Origin: Octopus vulgaris
Taxonomy: Eukaryota
Direction: 5' to 3'
NCBI GenBank assembly: GCA_951406725.2
Contig: OX597823.1
Coordinates: 24,614,001-24,678,000, forward strand
Length of the DNA stretch: 64,000 bases
Shown here: positions 12,495-24,218 of the stretch, one piece after another
Position numbering within the stretch: position 1 is the first letter of the stretch
Layout of the letters: each line of letters begins with the position of its first letter
Notes under the pieces: model-generated
Databases searched by the model: none
What the model saw: the letters and a program-made list of their open reading frames with translations, nothing else
What the model was told of the DNA's origin: nothing
Translations under genes and position numbers: made by a program

Positions 12495-12728
12495 CTGATG
12501 ATGATGCTTTTACACTTAAAAGAACTGCCATACCAAGGCCTGATACATCTAATTGGATTAAAGGAGTCACTTTAAAGGAGTGTGATCATGTTTGCCTTCA
12601 AATTCCAGGATGTAAATCTTATGAGTATCATGAAAAAAAAGAATTCTGTAATCCATCTAATGAGTCTCACCTGACTTATGAACTTAAACCCAACAAAGAT
12701 GGATGGGATATACATATCATGAGCCCAG
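12495..12728 (+). CDS. Exon PB1: PAN/Apple domain, type B
   Basis: Acceptor tatctAG|CT, donor CCAG|gtcagt; 234 nt, phase 1-1. Reads DDDAFTLKRTAIP..VTLKECDHVCLQIPGCKSYEYHEKKEFCNPSNES..GWDIHIMSP. Confidence 0.9.
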
Positions 12729-13118
12729 GTCAGTGGAGTGTATTCATTTAATTTTATGTGTGTCTGCATGCATGCATGTGTCACTTTGTGTGTATCTAGA
12801 CATGCACATATTTATTATATATATGTTTATAATACACGCACACACACATACATATATACCTCAGTTCAAGGGAATATTGTAGCTTATGGTCAGCAGCTTG
12901 TTAGCATCTAGTATACATATGTCTTGTATAGAACACTCAAGGGCAAAAATAATAGATCAATAAAATTCATTATTCAATATATCACAGCCACTTTACTGTA
13001 TATCAAAATTGATGACGTAATTTTAAGATGGCAAAGGCTCCAGATTGAATAGCTATGTACATTGCACAGTATGTGATGAATAAACATAGGATGGAAAATG
13101 GACAAATAGACTTAAGTA

Positions 13119-14381
13119 TTGGGTTGTCCGGAAAGTTCATGCTGATTTTTAAAGGAAAGAAAAAGGTCAATAAATACTTGCCATTACATTTTTAATCAAC
13201 CAAATCTAAATCATTTTGTTGCACAATGCATCTCCATCTTTCTTTTAACTTGAAAACACCCTCTTCCCAGAATTAATGTGGTTTCGTGGCAAAGAATTCA
13301 TCAAGGTATCTTTTTACGTCATCCACGGAATTGAAATTTTTACCATTAAGACTATTCCGCAGAGACCTGAATAAGTGGAAATCCGAAGGAGCAATATCTG
13401 GTGAATATAGAGGGTGAGGTAACACATCCCAGACAAGCTGCAACAATTTTTTTCTGGTTCCCAAAGAAACGTGCAGTCCCACATTATCATGTTGGAAAAC
13501 AAAACCCTTCCTGTTGGCCAATTCTGGACGTTTCTCTTGAATTGCAGCTTTTAACTCATCCAGTTGTGTGCAGTATTTCTCAGAATTAATTGTCTGGTTA
13601 CTTGGGAGAAGCTCATAGTACAGAATGCCTTTCCAATCCCACCAGACACAAAGCAAAACTTTTTTATGGTGAAAACCTGCTTTTGGGTCGCTTACTCCAG
13701 GATCGCTTTCTCAGAAAATTTCGGTAGATAACCCATTTCTCATCACCTGTCACAATTTGCTTTAAAAAAGGCATTTTCATTCCGTTTATAAAGTGAATCA
13801 CAGATGGAGATGCGATCCAAAAGGTTCTTCTCACTCAACTCATGTGGTACCCAAACATCGTAGCGATTTATGTTCCTAAGCTTTACCAGGTGCTCATGAA
13901 CAACAAATTTTTGATAGGTTGAGGCTTTCTGCCAATTCTCAGGTTGTGCAATGTGGGTTATTCTCAATTAATGACTTGATTTGGTCATCATATGTAGTGG
14001 ATGGTCTGCCTGATCGCTCTTTATCAATGAGTCTCCAATCTCCAGCTCAGAACCTTGCGAACCACTTCCGTACAGTTCTTTCAGATAAAGAAACATCACC
14101 GTAAACTGTGCATATTTCTTTGGTTGCTTGTGAGGCATTTTTCTCTTTACGGAAAAAGAAAAGAATCAAGTGCCGAAAATGAAATTTTTTATCTTTCATT
14201 TTAAAGGGTTACAGAATTAACATGGGTTATAAGAACATAAACCTTCTTCAATGAAAAGATAGCTTAAACTATGTTCTAAATGGAGGTGTAGTCAAATCCT
14301 ATTTTATGGACTTAACCATGTTCTAAAATAAGTTGAAAGGTAAGCTACAATAAATCAGCATGAACTTTCTGGACAACCCAA
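13119..14381 (-). mobile_element. Full-length but inactivated mariner (DD34D-type) transposon
   Basis: ~30-bp TIRs ttgggttgtccggaaagttcatgctgattt / aaatcagcatgaactttctggacaacccaa, with TA on the left and TG on the right. Transposase motifs WVPHEL, LCVWWD, FQHDN and HPLYSPDIAPSDFHLF are split by frameshifts. Confidence 0.95.
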
Positions 14382-16114
14382 TGCAATGCACTTAATGGAG
14401 AAATGCACTTCAGAACAGTACATATTTCTGAAGCAGAAAATTTCAAACTATAAGTGTAATTACATCATAAAATAATGATATATGCTTCATCTTCAGGTAT
14501 GACACCACTTAGATCAAATCAAATTCCACATTTAGTATTGATGCAAATATCAAGTGTATTATGACACAACTACACTTATGATTTGAATTTTTCTACTTTG
14601 GTAATGTGCTGTATTTAACTGCATTTGTTTATTATTATTATTCATATGGCAGTTTGACCAAGGGAGCCCGACAGAGTAAGTACCAGATTTGAAAGCGGGT
14701 ACTTATATACACACACACACACTTATATACACACACTATATATATGTGCGTGTGTGTGTGTATGTGTGTATATATACACATAATTATAGTGGCCATCCTT
14801 TGACACGGGATTTCTTGCTCCTGGAAAAAGTTTCGAGAAATTGCTAAAGATTAGTTGAGTACAGAATTGATAGAATTTTCTGATTGAGATTTATAAAAAT
14901 TATAATTATTAACATGTCATTTTGAAAAAATGGTGGAATTTCAGAAAATGTTGCCCACATAAGTTGGATTTTCTTCATTTTGACAGGGATTTTTCCTTTT
15001 TTTTACTATGCACATCAAAATGAAGCAGAGTAGCCTTTTATGAAAAAGAATGTGAAAATCTAAAATTTTTTTCTCACCCACTCCTTCCTAGGACCCTTTT
15101 AAATTATTTTCCAATCCTACACTTAGAAACGAGGTGGGGAAGCTTATATTTTTTTAACTAGACGTTGAAATTTATGAAAATCCACAATTGTGTGATATTG
15201 AAACATGACTGCAATGACCATCATCATTCTTTCCCCACTCCTTTTATTTTAATGCATTTAGATTTTTTGCAAACAACTTGCAGATGCAAGTGCCACCAGT
15301 TGAAAGCTCTGCATAACAGATGCTAGCAAACATATGAGGTCATCAGGAGAGAATGTGCACCATTTTGGGGCCTAATTCTCAATGGCGTCATTGTGCACCA
15401 GCCCCATCAGCACCTCACTGAAATGAGGCCCCACTTGCTAGATCAACTGGTTATCAGGTTTTGCTCAATATTCTTCCAGCCATTGCTCATCATCTCTTTT
15501 TAATCAAATCCAGTAGTTTGCATTTTTCGCTGTAGTTTTGATATCACTCATGGTGGTATATGCTTTACAATGAGTTAGGCATAATGGTAACAACCGTTGC
15601 CTCACACTGTGTCCAAGAAACCCCTACATCTAACTTTGATTTTAAAATAATCTGCTTTCCAGCAAGCATCTTCACATTCTTCAAGGAGGTTTTCATAAAG
15701 ATCAATCTTTCAGACCCAAGTGGCATCAATGCTATTTTCATGAGGAACCATTAACTCAGCTAGATTTACAACTTTCCCCCATCATTTTCAAGTTTGTGGT
15801 GAAGAAAATTTTTTTTTTAATTCCTATCAAAACAGAAAATACATGTGGATGACCTATTCTGAAATAGCACCAATTAATAAATTGATTGATTTCTCTTCTC
15901 ACCTTTTCCTTATATGGTATGAAACAGTCAAATTTCACATCATTAAAAATAGAAAAACATGCATGTATACATACACGTTTTTATATGTGTAAGCAAATTT
16001 CTTCAATTTGATTCATGCAATATGTTTTATTGTAACATTGTCATTATTTCCTCATTCTTACCTTCCCACTAAAATGCACATACCATTGATGTCAATTTCT
16101 GTTTTCAATTCCAG

Positions 16115-16285
16115 CTATTGACAAAATAAACTGTGGACAACCAAGAGACATTGCTGGTACATCAAAGTCCTACAGTTCCACCAACTACAGAGATGAAGTG
16201 ACCTACACATGTCCACATGGAGAAAAACTAAAATCAAAATGTGGAAAGGACAAAAAATGGACTTCATTAGATTCTACCTGTGATG
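16115..16285 (+). CDS. Exon S2: Sushi/CCP domain
   Basis: Acceptor attccAG|CT, donor GATG|gtaatg; 171 nt, phase 1-1. Reads IDKINCGQPRDIAGTSKSYSSTNYRDEVTYTCPHGEKLKSKCGKDKKWTSLDSTCD. Confidence 0.88.
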
Positions 16286-16829
16286 GTAATGCAAATAGCT
16301 TCTCTCTCTTTTTATCTCTGTCTATGTAATTTTGTTTTATTTTTATGCTAAATGCCTTTGTTAGAGTAGGACTGGCTGACTCTATGGCAATTTCTGCAGC
16401 GATTATGGATGGAAGGAGGGAGAACAGAAGCTATCCTCAGTTCAAAGACCTCCCCAAATACTTGCAACAGAGTGGACATCATTTATTCTACCCAAGGGCC
16501 ATGTATTAGATTGGATGATGGATTAAGTCCACCAACCATATAGGTGATACGTGGCAGTTTCTCCCTCCAACAGCCTTCCACATAGCTTTCGTCTACTAAA
16601 TTTCATCCTTAGTTGTGGAGCAAATTCTTAACCACATAAGCAAGCTTCACTCAGGACCACAGAGTTGTGAACGAACCTTCTTAACCTCACACTCATACCC
16701 AAAGGATTCTATGTGTGTCTTCTCTTAATTTCTAACTTTTTCACTTGAGCTTTCTGAATCTTGTCAGTGGTGGAGGTTGATGGGTATCCTGTGCCCTCTT
16801 CATGCTGGTAGCCAGAAACTGCAAGAAGC

Positions 16830-17060
16830 CAGTTGTGTATGTGTGAGCACAAGCATCTTTCTGTCTATGTTTGTTCCCCACCACCACTACTTGAAAATGG
16901 TGTTGGTTTGTTTACATCCCTGTAACTTAGTGATTCAGCAAAAAGAATAAATACCAGTGCTTTAAAAAAAAAGTACTGGAGTTGATTCATTCAACTGAAA
17001 TTCTTCAAGGCAGTGCTCCATCATGGCCACAGTCTTATGACAGAAACTAGTTAAAGATAA
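16830..17060 (+). mobile_element. SINE 3' body (second family)
   Basis: tgtttacatccctgtaacttag..ttcaaggcagtgctccatcatggccacagtc..gaaac; similar to 56895-57110. Confidence 0.55.
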
Positions 17061-17915
17061 AAAATTCTAATTCAATTAAGGGAGCTCATATGATATTTAG
17101 ACTATGTATCAGTAAGAATCAGAGGTAGATGTTTGACCACAATTAGGTTTGTGGTAAAATTTAAATGATTTTGAAAATTTATGGTCACATATAGAGAAGG
17201 CTTCATGTTGCTCCTTTAATAATTGTGTGGGGATATGTGATAGGATTTATATAGACTCCTTCAAACATAGCTATCAGGGGGCATTTTAGCCTTGGTATGG
17301 AGGACCTGAGTCAGTGATGGACCAAGCTGTATCATATGATAAGGTAGTGTATATGTTCTGCAAAAGATGTAAATCTACTGTCTTTCATATTTAGATGAGT
17401 TTAACTGCACTGAGTATCTTTGCTTAAAATGAATATAAACCTTGGTTGAATTTTGGAGTTAAGGACTGTGCACTTATAAACTACATTAAACTTCCTGCAC
17501 TGAACTTGTAACAGGCATTTATCCCAAATTTTGAAGTTATATATGTATGCAGACAGACAGACAGACATAAATATCCAAAAGCCAAAACCTGGTTTATCGA
17601 TATCCCTAATTCCAAAATATTTTTATTTTGTGCTGTTAAATGTTTTAATTCTTTCTGTTTTCCTCGCATACTGTTTTTCTCTGTTATCTTAGTGCAGTAT
17701 GGTGGATTAATTTAAGACTTCAGCTCTTATTTCTAGCAGGTAGATGCTTGTTAAGCATCATTACGCTTCGTGCAAATTTATAAGTCATAGCTATATAATG
17801 CTATTGCACCTGCAATCCACCTATGTCACTGCTGGTGATATCAATTTTAAAATTTATCCACAGATGATGTGAACAGTAGTGACATCTGGTTTCAAATCTC
17901 AGTGTTTGAATGTTT

Positions 17916-17959
<44 letters not shown>

Positions 17960-17964
<5 letters not shown>

Positions 17965-18144
17965 TGTTGTGTCTGAGGAGAGTCATTTTATTTTTGTGCC
18001 TTATAATTTAACACACTCACCGGTAAAATTTCCTCTTATTATTTATTTTTATTTTCCTAAAATTGTTGTTGCATCTTGCAACCTTTCCAATGGTCTTGAG
18101 AGTCAAGACTATTGAAAATGACTCTCCCCAGACACAACAGAATA
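17960..18144. repeat. 185-bp element bounded by 30-bp inverted repeats (MITE or inverted PLE terminus)
   Basis: tattctgttgtgtctgaggagagtcatttt (17960-17989) matches the reverse complement of 18115-18144 with 1 mismatch. It follows a (TA)n tract. Confidence 0.75.
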
Positions 18145-18399
18145 TGTTTCAACACATGAACTCACATAAAGAATCTTGCAAACCAAATCCAAAAATGAAA
18201 TATATATATACACACACACACACACATATATCTATATGTATGTATGTTGATAGATATTTAGGTAAGTAGCTATGTATCTAGATAGGTAAGTAAGTAGGTT
18301 AGTATAGTGGTTGATTGGTTCATTGTAATATGTGGGTGGAGAACACCATATATCAGGCACTTGTAGAACTTTATTTTACTGAGGTGGGCAGGTTGTCTA

Positions 18400-19140
18400 C
18401 TTTGTATATTCAGACAGCTCCATCCTTTGTCATCCCCTTTGTGTGGTTCAACATTTAGAGATCAGCTCACTACCTGACCTAATATCTTACTGGGTCTTCT
18501 TCTTTCATAAGTTCCTTCCACTTTAAGCGATTGGCATCTTCTTTATATAGCTGCCTTCATCCAGACATATCACATGGCCAAGTCACCAGTCTTCTCTCTT
18601 GTACATTATATTACACCTATTATGCCTAATTTTTCTGTCAACACATTTACACTTTTTAGAGCATGCAAGCTGATATTACACATTCTGTGGAGCATACTAG
18701 CTTCATTCATCTCTACTCTTTGCAAATCCTCTCCATTCACAGTCCACATCTATTGCTATATAGTATAGCTGTTTGTACACAACACATAAAATCTGCCTCT
18801 CACTCAAAGAGAGAAATGTTTTGTTGCTAACAAGAGTAATAGCTCTCTGGACTTTCTCTGTTTCATTTTTAATCAAGCAAAAATACATTCAGAATATCTT
18901 CCTCTACTGCTAATTAGGTCACACATGTAACAGACACTGTCTACAACCTCTAGGAAGCCTCCTGGAAAATCCAATTCTTGTGTGTCCTCAATGTTTATTG
19001 TTCCTGCACATCTGACACATACAAAGGCTACTTTCTCTGTTAACATACCTGTAATTACACTGCACTTCTGATGTGTGCATGTCTTACCCTGAGTACCATA
19101 TTGAATTCCAACCAACATCTTTCCTACTTATTTAGCAGGG
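18400..19140 (-). mobile_element. Degenerate RTE LINE C-terminal fragment
   Basis: THQKCSVITGMLTEKVAFVCVRCAG..LEVVDSVCYMCD resembles the younger RTE copies. Confidence 0.75.
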
Positions 19141-19193
19141 CACGCACATAATATATATGCAACATTGATGTCAATTTCTGTTTTCAATTTCAG

Positions 19194-19364
19194 CTTTTGA
19201 AGACATTGACTGTGGAAATCCAAAAGACATTACTGGTGCAGCAAAGTCCTATGAAACCACCACTTATAAATCTGAAGTGACCTATACTTGCCCAGAGGGA
19301 GAAAAACTAAAGTCAATATGTGAAAAGGACAACAAATGGACTCCAACTGTGGAAACTTGTAAAG
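19194..19364 (+). CDS. Exon S3: Sushi/CCP domain
   Basis: Acceptor atttcAG|CT, donor AAAG|gtaaca; 171 nt, phase 1-1. Reads FEDIDCGNPKDITGAAKSYETTTYKSEVTYTCPEGEKLKSICEKDNKWTPTVETCK. Confidence 0.9.
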
Positions 19365-21639
19365 GTAACATATGCTTCTTCTTTCTGTTCTCTCTGTCTA
19401 TGTAATTTTGTTTTAATTTTGTGTTAAAGAGGAAGACAGACTGAATACATGACAAGTTCCTCAATGTATGTGGGGGAGAACTCAGACCAGGGATCTCACA
19501 AATGGTTGCAGCAAAGTGGACATCTTTAATTCTACCTAAGGGCCGGGTAATAGCATTACACTGGATGATAGCTTGATTCCACCAACCAAGAGCTAGAAGT
19601 GTAGACAGTTTTTCCTCACCTCTTCCACATAGTTCACATCCATACATTTCATTTACAAGGCTTAGTTGTGAAGTGAATTTTTACCCATACAGAAAAATTC
19701 TACCTTGTACCTTATGTTTGTCAAGTAAATTTACTACCTCCATCTTGATAGCTTTTCTCTTAACTTCTAGCAGGACATTTCTCTACCATACTTTGCTATC
19801 ATCTAGAACTCTGTAAATATAATGTCTGAGTTTTTATTTGCTAAAATGTAGCAATCCCCTAATACAGATTTCTGATGCCCTTGTTATCTTTCATTCAACT
19901 ACCTATAATTATAATACTACTAATAACAATAATGGTTTCTGATTTAGGCACAAAGCAGTAGTTTTTAATGGATTGCATTTAGTCAAAACCTTGAACACTG
20001 CTAATTGCCTGGCACATTGTTTTATTCATCCTCACAATATTGAAAGCCAAATTTGACCTTGGTTTAATCTGAACTGATGGCCAAATGAGCCTGATTTCTT
20101 ATTGTAAAGCATTTCTTCTAATATTCTAATTAGTACACATCATCATCATTATTAACATCATCATAATTTAACATCTGTTTTCTATGCTGGCATGGGTTGG
20201 ACAGTTTGACAGTGTCCAAATAACTGCAATGCTGCATTAGGCCTAATATCATCTTTGGCATGGTTTCTGGATGTTTTTCCTCACACTAACCACTTTACAG
20301 TGTGTACTGGATCCCTTTCCTTGGTTCTGGTAAGATCACCAGTAGCTTGCAAGACAAAATACAGAAATGGTAACAAAATGCCCCCTAAGCTAAGTGGGAG
20401 TGTATTTGAGAGAGTGAGAGGTAGATTTGTGCTGTGTGTTGAAGGCTAAGGTATGATAGAGCGACAAGCATAGGTGTCTTACTATAGAGGAGATACACTG
20501 GTACTCCATATTACATGATGATAGGTAAGAGTAACTATAAAAGAGATAAAGTTGGTGATAGAAGGGTACTAGATCTTGCTCTCAAGGTAAAAGATAATGA
20601 ATATAAGGGAGAATATAGATTGTGGGTAAAGAAGGAAGAAAAGGATGCATAATTTCATAAGGGTGTGGGAAGAGATTGGGCTAGAAGTAAGTGTATTGAG
20701 TGATAAAAGAAGGTGAAGCTTTGATTACCGGTAAATATTGGTATGAAGAGAGAGGTGAGAGATAGAATTGACTCAGGAAGGAGGAAGTGACGAGTACAGT
20801 AGCAATGTCATATATTTGTTAGTTGATGAGAAAATAGGGAGGTGATATATAGAGTTTTAAAGTGGAGGGAGGTGAGAGTATGATGAAATGTGGAAGTTAT
20901 GGGTGTTAGAAGATCATCAGGGTGGGTATAGTGAGTGGGGAAACAAATGTGGGAGAAGGGGTCATTGAGAGTGTGTAGAGAACAATAATAGATAAGAGTG
21001 ATGTTGAAGATGAGGTGTGGCAGATGTAATATGTAGCCTAGTGTGGAAGGAGAAACTACTGAAAGTACAGAGAGTGGGGTAATATATGGAAAGTAGTATG
21101 AACAGGGATGATAATGAAAGAGAGAGGGATGTAACTGGTAGTGCCAGAGGTGAGGATGAAATATGTGCTGATTCTGCCCTCAAATGACTTCAGCAGCTGA
21201 GTAGTACCATGTACACATTGAATATAAAAATGAGGATAATGTTACAATCTTCTTGAATGTAGAATAATCTCTGTCCAGAAACATTTCAAGAAACCTGCCA
21301 TCAAAGATTACCTTGGACTCCAAAGATCACTGTGTCCTCTCCAATTATTGTTCTCTGAGCTACAAATAATCCTCATCCACACAAACCAATTTTGCCACTC
21401 TCACATAATTTCGCCTGAAGACAGTAGCTTCCTCTCCATCCTCAAATTCTTTACAAATGCAGATTAGAGATTGACCAAAGAGCAAACACACTGTTGTCTG
21501 ACCTTTCAGCCTCATCCATCATGCAACCTCTTTTGCTATCAAACACAGAAATACTGCCCTCACTTCCTAGATAAAGAGTGTGAGGTAATCATTCCACACA
21601 TAACAACAGCTATCTGACATAACTTCATAATGCAGTGGT

Positions 21640-22979
21640 TGCTTGGACATTGAATAAGTGCATGCTACATGATTTCATTTTACTTCATGCTTCTCAAAGA
21701 GGTCGGCTTCCCAATGTTCTTCCCTGAGGAAAAGTCTTCCAAAACACATTACCAGTTCATTGTTGTCATCGATGACCAAAGCAACCCCGAGAAAAAGGTA
21801 ATTAAAATTCATTAAAATGACAGATGTATTGGACTTTCAAAGAGGTCAAATTGTTGGTGCTCATATGACAGGTGCTAGTGTAACGAAAACAGCTGAAATG
21901 TTTGGTGTATCAAGAAGTACTATCTCGAAAGTAATGATAGCCTTTGACAAAGAGGGAAAAACCTTGTTGAAACAAAACACTGGAAGAAAACCAAAACTTT
22001 CAGATAGGGACTGTTGGACTTTTACACGAATTGTTAGAAAGGATCACAAAAGTACTGCTCCCAAAATTACTGCAGAGCTTAATGACCACCTCGAGAACTC
22101 ACTTTCCACAAAAACTGTTCACTGGGAGCTGCACAAAGCCAGATTTCATGAGAGGGCTGCAATCAGAAAACCACTACTTTCAAAAGCAAATGTTGCAACA
22201 TGTTTAGAGTGGAGTAAAAATCTACAGAATTGGTTCCTAGATCAGTGGAAGAATGTTATTTTCTTGGATGATTCATCCTTTACCTTATTTCCGAACACCG
22301 GCTGTGTATACATGTGGAGACAGCCAAAAGAAGCATTTAACGCAGACTGCCTTCTTCCAACTGTTAAACATGGAAGAGGTTCTGTGATGATCTGGGGGGG
22401 CAATTCACTCTCAGTATGTGTGTATGTGGTCGGGTGTCAGGGTTAAAATTCTTTTAACGTCTTATTTTGGTCATGAAATTCAAAAGAGAGAGCCTTTGAA
22501 ATCTGCTGGTTCAATGGTTTCTTTTCATGGCAGAATTAATAGTCAAGACTCCTTAAGCTTTTTATCTTATCAAATTCATCCTGTTTGCAGAACTGCTTCT
22601 GGAAACAAATGCAATCTTTCAGGATGATAATGCCCCTATTCAAACTAAATTTGTTACTGAATAGCATAAGGAACATTCTAGTGAAGTTGAACATTTTATG
22701 TGGCCACCACAGTTCCCAGATCTCAATATTATTGAACATTTATGGTGCATTTTAGAAAAGCAAGTAAGGAGTCAATATCCTCCACTATCATCACTACAAG
22801 AACTGGAGACTGTTTTATTGAATAATGGACAAAAATTCCTTTGGAAACAATTCAAACTTTGAACAAGTCCATACCTCATAGAATTCAAGCTGTAATTACT
22901 TCCAAAGGTGGTCCTACCCCATATTAAAATAAATTTGTCTGAAATTTTAAGGTGTTTCCCTTATTTTGTCAAACCCCTG
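21640..22979 (+). mobile_element. Tc1-like transposon, inactivated; left end not recognisable
   Basis: ORF 21817 reads FQRGQIVG..HTH..GRKPKLS..WKNVIFLDDS..TVKHGRGSVMIWG, followed by FQDDNAPI and WPPQFPDLNIIEHLW. The right end is TIR-like (..aaacccctg|TA). Confidence 0.9.
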
Positions 22980-23978
22980 TATTTAGGGTAAACAATGAGA
23001 ATCTGTGATTTTAAGTGCACTAAATGTCTCTATAAAATGAAGTGAAGTGCACTGAGGATCAAACCCATATCGTTGACACACATCACTTAATTCCTATTTA
23101 TACTAAAAGAAAACCTATGGCAAAATAATCAGGGTCGCTTCCTGCATGGAAAACAAATAGCAAAGTGACTACTTGTTGAACTAAAGTATTATGATTAATT
23201 AAAGATTCACTCTCAGTATGTGTGTGGTGGTGTGTCAGGGTTAAAATTATTATGTTCAAATTATTATGTATTATTTTGGTCATGAAATTCAGAAGCGAGA
23301 GCCTTGTGAAGATAGTCTCTCTTCCTTTTTTCAACTCATTAAAAGTAAAATTTCAACAAATTAAAATTTTTTGGTTTGCTACTTTAAGTTGTGAGTGTCC
23401 ATATTTACAACATAGTTATATGATTCACAAAATGGTAATGGAAGGGAAATGATTTTTACTTTCACAGACAAACCTTTCAAAAATAATAAAGTGGTGAGCT
23501 ACATTCTTTTACATTCTCAGTTCAAATCCAAAAAAGCAGTGTTTCACCTTATATACTTCTGAGGTTGATAAAACAAGTGCTAGTCAAATACTGAGGTTGA
23601 TGTATATTCACTGCTCAATGTGCAGAGAAGCTATTGAGTTGTTCCTTGTGTTTGAGTTAGGAACCATTATCATTAATATTGTTACCATCAATAAAAATTA
23701 TAAATATTTTTCTATTAAGGATGTATCCATAGAATCATTGAGTGTAAGATAAAATGAGTTGTGGCATTTGTTCTTGTTCTTTAGCTTCAGAGTTCAAATG
23801 CTTATGATGTTAACTTTGCCCTTCTAGGGCCAATGAAATTTGATAGTGGTCAGTTGTAGATGCCAATTTCATTGATCAATTCCTACCTCAAAGTTTTAAC
23901 TTAACCTCGATGATGGAAAATTATTGCTTTTATAGTAGATGTTATTGTTTATTGGTTTAAATTTTCCTTTAATTGTAG

Positions 23979-24218
23979 ATGCTCAGATCCATTTTGTGAA
24001 AGTAAAAGGTGCATCTCTGGCTATAGCTGGGAAAACTGTGTGGAAGAAGAAAAATTTAACAGCAAAAGACTGTGCAGAAAAATGTTTGTCTATCCCAAAA
24101 TGTTTATCATTTGAAGTAAATATGGACAAAGGAAAATGTTTCTTATCAAAAGATACTGCAGCTACCTCCAAAAAAATTATGACAACCAGAATCAGAGATT
24201 ACTACCAACGAATAAAAT
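23979..24218 (+). CDS. Exon PA2: PAN/Apple domain, type A
   Basis: Acceptor aattgtAG|AT, donor AAAT|gtaatt; 240 nt, phase 1-1. Reads AQIHFVKVKGASLAIAGKT..KDCAEKCLSIPKCLSFEVNMDKGKCFLSK..RDYYQRIK. Confidence 0.9.

Noticed and set aside
14790-15960. Possible DNA-transposon remnant
   Set aside because: Only vague transposase-like words appear on the minus strand and I could not define TIRs, so it is left unclassified.
20450-21170. Long purine-rich stretch as a regulatory or coding element
   Set aside because: It has no credible ORF or periodicity and follows an RTE-type tail, so it is most likely decayed repeat sequence.
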